Positions 22,578 to 35,665 of a stretch of DNA of 64,000 nucleotides are shown piece after piece. The stretch's first letter is position 1; each line of letters starts with the position of its first letter. The translations under genes were made by a program, and so were the position numbers. The notes under the pieces were generated by a model, which was not told the DNA's origin, did not search any database, and worked only from the letters and a program-made list of their open reading frames with translations. The stretch spans positions 248,001 to 312,000 of the forward strand of contig CM061246.1 of assembly GCA_022605425.2 (NCBI GenBank), in the 5' to 3' direction. The DNA is from Hamiltosporidium tvaerminnensis FI-OER-3-3 (taxonomy: Eukaryota > Fungi > Microsporidia).

Positions 22578-25419
22578 ATCTTAACTAAACGAATATGCTA
22601 ATTAAAAATATAATATTACTTCTATAGTTGTAAAACCATAATTTGAATTTTTGTTGTTTTATTATTCATTTTTTTATCATAAAAGACGTTGATTCAAGCA
22701 TATTTAATGTTTTAAAAAAGAAAATCAATAAAATCATATTCCTTATTTCCATCTAAATTCTTTTTTCGTTGTATCTTATTTTTACTAATGTAGTTTACAC
22801 AGATTAGAAAAAACATCCTAAAATTCTTTTTAAAAGATGATTATTTACCTTCTTTAGATACATTTTTAGAGTTTGAATGCATGCGGTAAATTCGGTCACT
22901 CTATTCGCTCTTATTAGTTTCATTTTTTTGGTTCTTGATAGCACATATAAACTTTTATTTTCATGTATATATAGTGAGATATAGTTTTTTGCGCGTAGCT
23001 ATCCCTTTTATCGGATATCTTTACATCTTTTTAACAAATTTTTTACTCTTGCTTTGGGTTCAATTTTTATTCAATCAAAATAAAAGTTTATACTATGTTT
23101 TAAATATATAGATTTTATGTTTATTGCATAACACTACTTCTTTGTGGTTTCTATAACGTACCTGTCATTACTTTATTGAAGAAAATAAATATTACAATCC
23201 AGGGTCTTAGATAAATCGTTTAAAACGAATACATGGTGTAATTCCATAGTTATATCACAATCTTAATCCGAATTACAACCGAGAGAAATTTACTATTCTA
23301 TAAGTCTTAATTATTAAATTCTCGTTCACGTTTTAGATTTATATTTTCCAATTTAGGTATTATTACATTTAAAAATTTCTGCGCCTATAAGATATTAACG
23401 TAATTTTGAAAGAAAAGCAACTATGAACATTTAGATCTTATATTTGATAATATGAATATATTCAAGAATATACTCATAATTTTAAATAGCTTAGAAAATT
23501 TCTAAAAATTTTTAACTTTTTATAAATTTAAGATATCTTTAAGCTTATAAAAGAAAATTTTACGGTTTTAAAGTATCTTTAACTGCCTTTTAGATCTTAG
23601 AAATTACATAATTTCTAATAATCAGTTGTAAGTGTTTATAGTCAAAATTGATTTTTTCATTGAAGAAATTTATTATGCAAGCATATTCTATTGATTATAT
23701 TTTAAAATTTAAACACTTTCTACGAATCAAGTTATATATGAAAAACACAGTTATATCTTAAATTTGACTCGATATAAACAACAATTAGAGCCAAAAATAG
23801 TTATAAATATAGCTTTTCTTTATCTATGAGAAAATGCAAGCATACCTTGTATTCGGGAAACTCTATTTTGACGCCTGGCTAAACAATCTTATTTTTTTAA
23901 GAATCTTGTAGGTGTTAAAATTTCTAAGAATTATAATATCTAAAAGGTTAAATTTTTATCGCACCAAAAAAATACTCCGACGCCCAGCCAATAAAAAGAA
24001 AATTTACAGCCTTACAACAAAAAAGAAAAAGCACACGGGACTTCAAATAATCAAAATAATTGCACTGTATTGGTTATTTTCTATTCAAGTGTGGGACTTT
24101 TCTTCTGTTTTCCGTATATAGTTTCAGTATAGTAATAAAGGTCAGAAATCAGACAGAAGGAAACCCATATTCAACGAATATAATTAGCTCCAGAAACAAC
24201 ATTAAAATTAATATTTCCAGTTATGGAGTAAAAACTATTGCCTTATTCGGTCTTATAATCTATTTTCCTAAAGGATTTACGCATTTCATTACAAATTCTG
24301 ATTTAATGCTTATTTTTAATATCTAAATGATATGTTTATTTTCGACAGCACAGATAAAATCTGCACGAATTATGATTATCACAGAATCGGACTTAATACA
24401 TTTTGATGAGTTCTAATCTGGTTAATATACCCTTGATAAAGCGATAAATTTAAATTTACGCTGCGTCAATTTAACTGTTCATAAAAAAACAATGTCATAA
24501 ACTTGCAAACACAAAATGGGCGAAATTTTATTTAGCATTCGTGGTTTGAACTCGATCACATAAATCAGCTAAAATTAACTTCTATTTAATTATCTTAGGG
24601 AATGTATCTCCGTCATCAACCGATTATTTTAAAATTTTATAAGAAATTATCTTGACGATATTGTGAGTTAGTGATACCGTCTTTTCTTCTAATGAATCAG
24701 ATGATAAAAATAAATATTAGTCTTAAACAAAACCCGGTAATAGTACTGCAGAAGAAAGTTTCAAAAATATAAAGAAATCGGAGTTTATATCGAAGCAGAG
24801 AATTCAAAGTTTCTTATGAGTGAATATAATGATCTTTTTTAAGAAAGAAAGTTACGATATATTTGTTTTTAATTAAAAATTAATAGTTTCAGCGAATTAT
24901 TAGCATTTAAAACACAGAAAATATGAATTTTATTCAGATATTTTTAACCTAATCTGTAAATATAGAGTAAAAATACGCGTTTTTTGCTTTAAAATGTTGC
25001 CGTGAGTGTTTTGATCCAATCATTAGTATCTTCCAAATAAATTTGCGCACGATAAAATTACATATTTCAGTTAGTCCTAACAATGATTAAAAAACCATGG
25101 CTAATTTGAAATATGAAGAGAAAATAAAAAACCATATGAATTTTTTATAACAAATACGTACGGTTGAATAATTCACAGGCTTACCTCGCTACAAAGCATC
25201 GAGGAAAATGTTAAGTAATCAAATAATAGAATTTTTAAGACACTTAATTTATAAAAATATTGTAAAGTTTTAAAGTGAATTTTAGTAAAAAAAATCATCG
25301 GCAAATTTACAGAATTGAAGCACATAAAAGAATTTTAAAAAAATAATCAAATAAATTTAGAATCAGTATTATAATATCTAAACATAAGAACAACTCTTTA
25401 AAGTAAACAAATCTTTATT

Positions 25420-27540
25420 TTAAAATCCAGTAAGTCGTGAAAACAGCGTCTTTTTATTGTGTTTAGGCTCTTCACCAAAACATTCCTTTAATCTTTCAAT
25501 TAAATTCTTTTTATCAGAATCGTTAAGATCGGTTCTTTTTTTAATTATACTTTTTATAAATTCTTTTTTTATATCTGGATATACCAATATTAAAGATTTC
25601 AGTTCCACCACAAAAAGATCATCGTTTTTTGTAGTTAAAAGTGGAATAATTTTATCGAATGGCATAAAACTATTCTTCACTTCTTGGGGATCAGCAAATT
25701 TACAAAATGTCTGAATAAGTCTTTTTTCGTCACTTTTTAATTTATCAGAACAGTCTTCCAAAATCTTAGCACGTTTTCTTGTAATTTGTTTTACATAACA
25801 AAAAACCAAAGAATTGCATATTTCAAAAACGAATGTAATAAACGAATAATCAGCCATTGTAATTTTATAGTCGCCTAGAAAATCTTCTAAGGTAATTATA
25901 AGTTTCTTTGTTATATCTTGTTCGTACCAAGAATCTGTAAAAACTTTATCTAAAATAGGACCGCATGTTGTTATTATAAATTCTGATAGCAAAGTATTTG
26001 AAGATTTCAAAATTTCTAGAAAAATATTTCCTAATTCTCTTACTTCTGTTTTTTGGCATAGAGGCAACGAATTTATATACTGTGTAAGTTTTAAACCGCT
26101 GTTACCTATCATTATTACATATTCTTCGTACCCAGGCACTGATTTTAAAGTTACTGATGGTTTAAAATCTTTCTTCATTGCTTTTATTATTTCATTTTTA
26201 AAATAATGACAATTTTCTACCACTATGGAAGTTATTTGAAGAAATATATGTTTGTTGAATGTTATTGGTTCCATCTGTTGTTTGATTATCTGAAGTAAAT
26301 TAATAAAACCAGTAGAAATATACTTATCGTTCTCATCCACTGTGGGCTGTGAAGTTCTTAAATTAAACTTTTCTACTTCTATAACTGTAATATTAGATAT
26401 CCAGGATACAAGTTTTTCTGATGCAATTTGAAGATATTTATTTATCAATTCTGATTCGCTGTCTCCTAAAAGTGATTCTCCAAGTGTTTCTGGTTGCATG
26501 TTCAAATTTTTTTCAATATTTTCATTATAATTATTGATAAATTCTAAAAGAAATAATATTTGACTAGCATCTAAATTATTTTTATTTAAATCCAGAAAGT
26601 TTTTTAATTGCAAATGATATTCTTCATAAATAAATCTTAAATCTATAAATAAGTCTTTATCATTTACAGTTTCTGAAATAAATTTCATATCTTCAATTAT
26701 AAAATTTAATTCTTGAATATTAAAATCTTTATTTTGTAATTTAGGAAACTTATCATTAATGGAATATTTGATTGCTTTAATTGTTTTATTTTTAATATCT
26801 TTTATTTCTCTATCAAAATATATTTTATTTAAAAGATATATTTCATGTAAAATTGCATCATGTGAATGTTTACCTTTCTGAACTTTTATAGTAATTTCGT
26901 CACGTTCTTCTTCCTTTTTTACGATTTTACTAATTTGATTTAAATATTCTTTATTAATTTCTAACTGATTTATTAAATTATTTGTCTTTAATAAAAACAT
27001 ATTTTCAAATTCAAGTAAAACTCTATCAATTTGATTTATGATTTCATTTAATTTTAAAAATTCATCTCTTGTAATATTTTTAGAAAAAAAATGTATTTCA
27101 TACTTAAATTTCTCCAATTCAAATACCTCTTCATGTATATTTTCTATATTTTCTTCGTTTTTTATCATTTTTAATATATTTTCTGTAGCATTTGAAATAT
27201 TTACAAGTTTTTTGTGCATTTCATAAGATTTATGAAAGTTTTGGTGTGCAATAGCAATTATTTTTATATTTTCATAATTATTTACTACTTTAGGAAAACT
27301 TTGATATATTTGGTCAAGTTTTTTAAAATTAGATTTGTATATTTCAATGTCTGATTTTATTTTTTGTTGGAGATTTATACTATTATTTATACGATCTCTA
27401 GAGTTTCTTATTTTTGTTTTTAAGTATTCTTCTTGTTCGTTTACATGCTTTTCGTATGCAGATAAAATACTAGGAAGTTTGTCTTCTAAATCACTTGGAT
27501 ATTTCAATGTATCATTTACCTTCTCTAAAGTTTCATGCAT
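25420..27540 (-). CDS. SEC6: Exocyst complex component Sec6 (EXOC3)
   Basis: 706-aa helical protein with HQNF, LLQIIKQQ, GYEEYVIMIGN, FTDSWY, TLEDFLGDY and YPDI...IIKKRTDL motifs typical of Sec6. Confidence 0.85.
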   Translation of the reverse strand: MHETLEKVNDTLKYPSDLEDKLPSILSAYEKHVNEQEEYLKTKIRNSRDRINNSINLQQKIKSDIEIYKSNFKKLDQIYQSFPKVVNNYENIKIIAIAHQNFHKSYEMHKKLVNISNATENILKMIKNEENIENIHEEVFELEKFKYEIHFFSKNITRDEFLKLNEIINQIDRVLLEFENMFLLKTNNLINQLEINKEYLNQISKIVKKEEERDEITIKVQKGKHSHDAILHEIYLLNKIYFDREIKDIKNKTIKAIKYSINDKFPKLQNKDFNIQELNFIIEDMKFISETVNDKDLFIDLRFIYEEYHLQLKNFLDLNKNNLDASQILFLLEFINNYNENIEKNLNMQPETLGESLLGDSESELINKYLQIASEKLVSWISNITVIEVEKFNLRTSQPTVDENDKYISTGFINLLQIIKQQMEPITFNKHIFLQITSIVVENCHYFKNEIIKAMKKDFKPSVTLKSVPGYEEYVIMIGNSGLKLTQYINSLPLCQKTEVRELGNIFLEILKSSNTLLSEFIITTCGPILDKVFTDSWYEQDITKKLIITLEDFLGDYKITMADYSFITFVFEICNSLVFCYVKQITRKRAKILEDCSDKLKSDEKRLIQTFCKFADPQEVKNSFMPFDKIIPLLTTKNDDLFVVELKSLILVYPDIKKEFIKSIIKKRTDLNDSDKKNLIERLKECFGEEPKHNKKTLFSRLTGF

Positions 27541-30050
27541 ATTTTAAGGATTAAAAATATTTAAAATAAATTCTTAAATAAATTCGTTTTAAAAGGGCAA
27601 ATATTTATGGAAAAAAAATGTAATTTAATCCTTAAAATAATACAAAAAAACAATACGTAAAAATATTTAAATTTATAATTCATCCGATTTTTTTATTCGA
27701 ATTTAGTATATTCAAGTTTTACAAATAGTAATTCTAAATAGTAACAGAAAAATAAATTATCGAGTTTTTATATGGTTTTTAAACTCCGAGTCTTTATAAA
27801 TCTAATATTTTTATGGTGTATTTTTAACCGATGAATTGAGTTCGAACTACGATCTATGTTTTGAGGATACAAGTTAAATATATTAAATGCTTCTTATTCG
27901 ACTTTCTTTTCTTCTTGCAGGTTTATATCTAAGTAATGCGTAAATTATTAGTTCATTTTGTTTGTACTAATCAGCATTTATTTTTATTAAATTTTTCTCT
28001 TCTAAATCAATAGATAAATAAATTTTTTATTGACTGCTTATTTGAATAAATTGCGGAAACTTTATATTATATTAAGAATTTTTTAACTTCAGTCAATTAA
28101 ACTTAGTATAATGTTTATAAACTATAAAATAGTATGTTTGACCTAAGATATACAAAATTATTTATCTATATCTAAGCTTATCACATTTATTTTAATAAAG
28201 ATATTTAATAAAACCTAAAAATAGGAAAAAAATATTTTTATTATATAGTTACATTTATTATTTAAAATCAAATACTGTTTTTTTTAAAAAAATACAGGCG
28301 TTTGCCTTCTTCGGTCAATCATTTCCAATTTAAAGGTATCATTATAAATACGGGAATATTTTTGTCTAAGCCTATCTCCATAGATCTAAATTAATAACCA
28401 ATTGTTAAAAAAAGTATATAATTAGTTACATATTAAACCATATTGCATTGATATTTATAAATTATATTGAAAAGAAGGTTGCTAATTATTCTGAAACATG
28501 TATTATTTTTATAATATGATCATTCTATGTCTGTTTTTCAAAATAAATTTATTTTTTTGGTATTAAAAACCGAACTCTGTCTTAGATAATCTTATTAATA
28601 TTTTTTGTTTTTAAAATTATTATTTTAATATACGGTTACTACGTATAGCTTTTCGTGCAAATCAAAAATATTTTTTTCTACATTTTCTCTTTAAATGACT
28701 AAGCGGAGGATACTTACTGGCTTTTTATTGTAATGATTCCAATTATATATCTTAATATGTAGAAATATTTAAAGATAGATTTTAATAATTATCATATAAG
28801 TTGGAAGTGCAGGTTTTTAAGTTTAAGATTTATTTGCAAAGTTTTACCAACGCTACAAAAAACATGATTTAACTTAATATTAGGCGAAATATTTAAGCTA
28901 ATTTAATTAAATACATAGTAAAAAAACAGTGTTTAAATTATAGCTCAAATTATAATAAATTAAAATAAAAAAACGAAAACTTTTTTTTAACTTCGTTGAT
29001 TTTTTCATTAATTTTAAATAGTAAATCTCAATATTAAATATATCCAAAAAAAATTCACTTTGAAAAGCTTATTCGCAAATTCAATCATCATTTTTATCAA
29101 AAAACAATAAATGTTTTATTTTTTAAAATACAATTTTAAATTTAACTATTCTAGTACCGAATAGTCCCATAAAACTATATTTAATATAACTGATATTACT
29201 CCCTTAACATATTTTAACCTAAAATCGCATGTTTTTTTATGGAAATAGAATTTTTATTAAATAAATAAATTATATAGAAATTTGAAAACCAATGTACGAT
29301 GGTTGCTTTGATTTGGTATTGTATAATAATTTGTAACACAATTACTTACTGCTGAATTTTATACGCGATAAAATAGTTTATTTACAAAAGCTGAAATTTC
29401 TTAAAAAATATTTTCTTTACAAATAAACATTTTGAATTTAAGCTCGTAAAAATTTTTGTTCGATTAGTTTAATTTGAATAAAGTTTTCGACTGAAAATAA
29501 TTGTCCATAACATAGTTAAAAGCAAAAATATTGCGTTTTTTTAGGTTACAAATTTAACCTCGAAAATTGTAAATAGATTTATTCTGATATATGATACTCC
29601 TTATTTTTAAAGAAATAAGTATGAAAACAAATTATTCCTTACAAAATTATGTAAATTTGTGAATATATTATTTCTTTTGTAGTTTTAAAACATCAACATC
29701 CTAAAATTAAGAATATAAGTATAATTTATGATTATATATCCGTAAAAAACATTAATATTTAAAATAATTCAATAAAATTTTAACTTTTTAATCAAAAATA
29801 AAGCTTATATTCATTAGAAGAGAATATTTGTTTATTGAATCGTAGTACAAACAAATAAATATATTTTCTTTCTGTTTATATGTCCTTACAAATATATCTC
29901 ACAATAAAATTATCCATTGTTTTAAAATGAACTAATAAAAATATAAAATGATAAAAAAAACGTAAAAATATTCATTCATTTGTAAATAAAATAATTAATT
30001 GGTAAGTTTTTTTTAATTTTTTATAAATAAAAATATTTTCTTTAAGGGGA

Positions 30051-31169
30051 ATGCTTTACACTTCAGAACTTACCAACTCAGAAATACAAAGATATTCCAG
30101 GCAAATAATATTACCCGAGATTTCAGTAGATGGACAGATAAAAATCAGAAATTCCAAAGTTTTGGTTGTAGGACTTGGTGGTCTTGGATCACCAGTTGTT
30201 TCATATCTCGCAACTGCAGGTGTGGGTACGTTGGGATTGTTGGATTATGATGTTGTCGAATTCAGTAATTTACAGCGACAAACGATTCATTCTGAACGTA
30301 CGGTAAGCAAAGATAAGACAAAAAGTGCATTTTTACATCTCAAAAGACTCAACAGTAGAATAACAATCCGAGAACACTCTTGTATGATTGGAGATGACAA
30401 TGCAAATAAAATTATAGCTCAATATGACATTATACTGGACTGTTGTGACAATATAACTTCAAGATATTCAATAAATGATAATTGTAAATTATTAGGTAAG
30501 AAATACATTTGTGCTTCTGTATTGAAATGGGAAGGACAAATATTTGTATTTGCTGATGATGGACCTTGCTATAGATGTTTATTTCCTGATCCAAAAAATG
30601 ATAATATGTTAGGATGTGCTGAAGCCGGTGTTCTAGGTCCCATGTGTGGTGTAATAGGCAGTTTACAGGCAGTAGAAGCTCTAAAACTTATATTGGATTC
30701 ATGTAAATCGTTTTTACTGACATATAATGGCTATGAAAATATATTTAAAAAAGTTGAAATAAATCAAAAATCAGAGAGATGTTTGGTTTGTACTGAAAAG
30801 AAAATACCGCCTTCAAACTTTGGCACATGTAAAAATCAAATAATGAGAGTAAGTATTGATGATAAATATAAGATTAAATGGAAAGATTTTTTAGCATCAC
30901 CTACACAGTACCTTCTTGTTGATATTAGAAACAAGATTTTATATGATATGTGTCATATTCAAAATTCCGTAAATGTGCCGGCTGATACTCTGGATGAAAA
31001 TAATGAAATATTTAAAGATAAAAGAAAAATATTATTTCTTTGTAAAAAAGGTATTTCTGCTCAAAAAGTAGCAGCAAAGTTTTTAGAAAAAGGTAAAAAT
31101 GTTTTTGTGGTGGATGGCGGACTAACTAAATTTAAAAGTGAAATTGATTTGAATTTTCCTTTGGTATGA
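30051..31169 (+). CDS. UBA4: Adenylyltransferase/sulfurtransferase Uba4/MOCS3 (ThiF plus rhodanese domains)
   Basis: RYSRQ, VGLGGLG, SNLQRQ, PCYRCLFP, CAEAGVLG, and a C-terminal rhodanese domain with Cys (FLCKKG). GGGG motif precedes the ATG. Confidence 0.93.
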   Translation: MLYTSELTNSEIQRYSRQIILPEISVDGQIKIRNSKVLVVGLGGLGSPVVSYLATAGVGTLGLLDYDVVEFSNLQRQTIHSERTVSKDKTKSAFLHLKRLNSRITIREHSCMIGDDNANKIIAQYDIILDCCDNITSRYSINDNCKLLGKKYICASVLKWEGQIFVFADDGPCYRCLFPDPKNDNMLGCAEAGVLGPMCGVIGSLQAVEALKLILDSCKSFLLTYNGYENIFKKVEINQKSERCLVCTEKKIPPSNFGTCKNQIMRVSIDDKYKIKWKDFLASPTQYLLVDIRNKILYDMCHIQNSVNVPADTLDENNEIFKDKRKILFLCKKGISAQKVAAKFLEKGKNVFVVDGGLTKFKSEIDLNFPLV

Positions 31170-32291
31170 ATCAATAAATTATTTTCTGAAAAAATAAAAA
31201 AATTTTAATTGCCGTTGTCTATTTCGTATACATCTTTATTCTGCTGCAAATTCTCTTTTAAGCATTTAAAACCAACAATTTAAGATTTCTATCGATGTCT
31301 AGAGAATTGATTAACAAAAATATTAACTTAGTTACTTGTTTATTCCAGTCTTCTTGTACCTTTCGGTTTCGAGGATATAAAATATATTAAAAGAATCCAA
31401 AAGGTGAAATTTAAATCAATAAATTTACTATCAATATAATTCATCATAATTTCATTTTTTACGTAAAAAAAATTAAACTTTAAAACAAAACATATTTTAC
31501 TAAAAAATTCTTCGAAGTATTTCACAAAAAATTTCAAAAATAAAACGTATGAACATAGATTAGAATAAAGAAATATCGATCTGTTTAAGTTGCTAAAAAA
31601 AGATTAATATATATCATATAAGGCACATTTTAGTTAATTCGGTATCATAATTGATTTAAAAACTTGAAAATATTTCAAGTATGGTGTCAGTTCTTACACT
31701 AAACAATATTTTTTATCGAATATAATCAATTTTATTAAGAAAGCGTAAAATATTTTTAAAAATCAAGAATTTTATCCAAAAAATGTTTTAAATTTTTTTT
31801 TTTGATCAACGTATATTTTAGAAGAAATATACAAAGATATATTAAAATTATATTTGTAATTTCTCATTTATTTTTAATCAGATTTTTGATAATTTTCAAT
31901 TAATATCTTTAAAGTATGCGTATTTGCATTATTTTAAAGCAAGAAAACAAAAAATAAAATTTAAAAAAAGAAAAATTAAGATTTAAGAGGTAAAGCAAGT
32001 ATTATTAATATAATGCCTTTTAATTTTATCATTAACTTAATAGAATCTTACCCTTCAGTTTTGAGATTTAGTCAAGTTTTAATATTTGCAATTTTAGAAA
32101 GAAAAGTTTTCATTGATGAACTAAAAATTAATATTAATAGAAATAATTATAAAAAACATCTAGAATCAAACCTTAAAAATAGCACTCTATCGTAAAAATC
32201 TTGTAATCCGGGGTTTCAAGTCATTTTTACCAATGACTGTATTTACTTATAAATTAAAAAATTATTTTAATCTCCTTCTTTGAAAAAAATG

Positions 32292-32505
32292 GTGGAGGGA
32301 GGATACCACATTTAAAACCTCTGCTTAGTAATGATTGTGTAGAATTGTCTGAAATCATTTATACATTTCAGTAGAATATAAACCACACTAGATATATAGG
32401 CTAATTCCCTATAATCCCTTGTTAAAACAGATTAAAAGAAACAAATTTGAAACATCTATTTTTTAATCCTCGAAACTAAGAGTTAAAAGAAAACTGGAAT
32501 AAGTA
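32292..32505 (+). mobile_element. Short SINE-like element, family S (shared head plus RTE 3' tail)
   Basis: Head GTGGAGGGAGGATACCAC...AAACCACACTAG as in family L. The 3' end ATCCTCGAAACTAAGAGTTAAAAGAAAACTGGAATAAGTA aligns with the RTE LINE end at 34465-34512. Confidence 0.7.
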
Positions 32506-32565
32506 GAGGAGCAAGTTTTTTACAAATAAAACGTAAAAATAATTTGTCTATTTTTTTAACCCCTT

Positions 32566-33099
32566 ATGAACAATTCAATTCCTTTCTCCGATTTGATATC
32601 AGAAATAAATTTTAAAAATAAAAGAATTTGCATTGTAGAACACGAATATTGTTGTATAGATTTTATAATACGAGATTTGCTTAAAATACTTAAAAAGAAC
32701 AACCAAGAAATAAATATTTTATCTTTTTATAATTCAGAAGATCATTATGAGAAAATAATTGATTTTGATAGTAAATCTACCATTAAAATTCAAAGTATTT
32801 ATAAGAATGAGATAATTGAGAATTCATATTCTTATTTAATCATCGATGATGTTTTTACAGGAAAGACATTATTTGGTATTAAATGTAAGGAAATAGAGGG
32901 TATTTATATTTATAGGTCTAATAGTGCTACAGAGACTGACATGTGTTCATATGATATATGTATTTTAATAAAACCATTAAAGAGTGGTGTGTCTACTGTT
33001 TATGATGGAATTATTGAAATACATCAATTTGATAGGACCATATTTACAGGAAAGTATAAAGTATTTAGAGATGAAACTGTTTATTATTCTTTATGTTAA
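32566..33099 (+). CDS. Elongator subunit Elp6-like protein (reduced RecA-like fold)
   Basis: The C-terminal ILIKPLKSGVSTVYDGIIEI...YKVFRDETVYY resembles the Elp6 pL.tG.s.dv.G.l...Ykv pattern. CCCCTT precedes the ATG. Confidence 0.55.
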   Translation: MNNSIPFSDLISEINFKNKRICIVEHEYCCIDFIIRDLLKILKKNNQEINILSFYNSEDHYEKIIDFDSKSTIKIQSIYKNEIIENSYSYLIIDDVFTGKTLFGIKCKEIEGIYIYRSNSATETDMCSYDICILIKPLKSGVSTVYDGIIEIHQFDRTIFTGKYKVFRDETVYYSLC

Positions 33100-34019
33100 T
33101 CTACATATTTATAATAGTTAAAAGTATTCTTAAAAAATTATCAGAAACAAAATTTTTGTCAAAATTTTTATTTTTCTTTAGATTAGACAACATTATACAA
33201 CCGAAATGTGTATTTTTTATAAATAAATAAGGCGGTATATTATTTTCATTTTAGAAACTATTATTGAATAACAAGCTTGGTTAAAAAGTTTTTAGTTTTA
33301 ATTTTTGTTTTCATGTATAAAAAATAATTGTAGATTCATTTTTTAAATTAAGAAATATTTAATTTCTTCGGATTGTTTTATTTTTTTTAATCTGATATAA
33401 TATTAAGGATTAGGATTTCATTTCGATTTTTCGATATGAAATCAGAAAATTTCATTCAAAGTTATATAATGCAAAGAAAAATAAATTCATTCTTTGTGTG
33501 GTTTTTTGGGTTGTTTATCAAATATAATGTAAAGTGGTAAGACAAAAATTTTTCTTGTTTAAACATAACATAAATGTATTATGAGGTATAGAATCTAAGT
33601 ATCAATATTATAAAAAAAAATATAAAACATTTGGTGAATCGAGGTGAAAAAATGCCTGGATATGACTACACTATATTCCAAATCAAACAATAATATATTC
33701 TAAATAGTTATATATTTATATCTAAAAAACTAATTAAGTGACATTCGGTTGAAAAAATATTCGAAAATAAACGCTTTAGAAAAGTTCAGATCTGAATTAA
33801 AACCGATCTTAAAATTTGTAAAAATAGACCCGATCTATTTTATATTTATTATGATAAACAAACTAAAAATAAGGTAACACAAATTAAGGTATAAATTGTC
33901 AATTTTTTAGAATCGAACCTCAAACGTCTATGGGTAAAAAACGAATGAAATTCAATTTTTAAATGAATAAACTGTTTTTATTTACCGATGTAGTGTTGGA
34001 ATTATTTCTTAATTGATAA

Positions 34020-34512
34020 ATAAAAGATGTCGTTTGGCCAAATATTATATAATATATCATTTAAAACACGAGGCAACATAATATTCTGGTTTGTCAGCAT
34101 AATATTACAAACCAAAACGAATATTTTTTTGTAAGATTTATGATCATGAGATTTTTGAGGCGTATATTGGGGTAAAATAGAAGATATCGAATCGGAAATA
34201 CGACAATCAGACAGTGCATTCAGCATAATAATTATTTAAGAATATATAGGTAAATTTTTTGCTGGTTCGGACATATGAGCAGAATAGGAAATAAAGGACT
34301 CCCATAGAGAACATATGAAGCAAGATGTGAGCACAAAAGAAAAAGAAGGAGACTAAGGCATAAATTGGTTGACTCATTTAAACCGCCTTTCTATGGAAGA
34401 GGAATACACCCAAAAAATACCAAGACATTGACCAGCGGCATAATATTTTGGCGCCAAATTCGTCATCCTCAACAATGAGAAGTACAAGAGGATTAGAATA
34501 AGTAAGTAAGTA
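34020..34512 (+). mobile_element. 5'-truncated, decayed RTE-clade LINE (C-terminal end of the RT ORF plus 3' tail)
   Basis: Translates to MRFLRRILG*NRRYRIGNTTIR and WFGHMSRIGNKGLP*RTYEARCEHKRKRRRLRHKLVD (RTE-type RWFGHV.R...KR.RGRP..W.D). Ends in TAAGTAAGTAAGTA (34499-34512). Confidence 0.85.
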
Positions 34513-35069
34513 GGATTTACGTTCATCATTAAAACAAATTTTGATAATGGTGGGTAAAAATATTCGAATATTTCTGAGAAATACTATGTAGATATGAACA
34601 TCATTTGGTATATGTTATATACGCAATAAGAAAAAATATGTATATGGAATTAACAAATAAAATACGAATCCTTTTCTTGCTGATCGAAAATATAAACACA
34701 AATCTAATAATTAAGTTATTATACAATACAGTGTACATAGAGGACTGAATATAAATGATTCAACTAAACAATGACCCATAAATACCAAAACTAAATAGAA
34801 TATAATGTTTTTTAATCAATTAAATACATAAAATAGTCCAAAATACAAAAATGAAATTCAAAATTTAATATTTTGTTAAAGGAGTTCAATCGGAAACAAG
34901 ACAGCTTTTGCAGTCATAAAAACCCTATTTTTTTCTCGAATATAATTTATAAAAAACCTATGTATAATTTTCCAGTGCCAAATCCAAAACAATTACAAAT
35001 CTAAGACTCAAAACATCTATAAAAAACCATATTATATTCACATTTAAGATTTAAAAATAAATCTCACAG

Positions 35070-35290
35070 TACTTATTTACATATTTTTGTCCTCTTTTAT
35101 CTCTCAATGTCGACAGAACAAATGCAAGTTTTCCCTTTGTTTCTTCTAACTGTGAAAGGTGGGAATATATAGGACTGGCTTATAGATCATGTGTGGTTTA
35201 TATCCCACTTAAATATCACCATTGTTTTTCAAACAATTCTACAGAAACCATACCAAGCAGATGTTTTAATTTAGTTATTCTCTTCTCACC
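35070..35290 (-). mobile_element. Short SINE-like element, family S
   Basis: Reverse complement aligns end to end with 32292-32505. The 3' end GACATTGAGAGATAAAAGAGGACAAAAATATGTAAATAAGTA matches the RTE LINE end. Confidence 0.7.
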
Positions 35291-35665
35291 AAATTACGAA
35301 ATATATACCATTTAAATTATAAGAAATCCAAAGAATAAATTAAAAAAAAGAGGCAGAATTTAAAAAAAGTTAAATAAATTCAAAAAACTGCAATATTTTC
35401 ATGTTTTTATATCGAAGCTATTACGCTCTTCAACTAATATCGTTTAAATATCCATCTTATTATGTCTTGTCATACTTTAACAATCAGGTTTTTCAAAAAA
35501 CTTTCATTTTTATTCATCCGTAAATTTCTATGTCTTTATATTACAATGAATAGTTTCTCTTAAATTAATTTTATTTTAAATCACACCTTTTATATATTTC
35601 TTGGCAAATTAAGACGTATGAAATAACATTAGAAAATATAAAGATTTAAAAATCTACTCCCTTCA

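Noticed and set aside
23850-24760. Possible piggyBac-like remnant on the minus strand (IDAA and IVFT..NW fragments)
   Set aside because: The motifs are too degenerate to call without a profile search.
32290-32305. TGGTGGAG as an LTR primer-binding site or an antisense tRNA-like CCA end
   Set aside because: No shared LTR lies upstream of the copies, and the TSD of copy B places the boundary at GTGGAG, excluding the leading TG.
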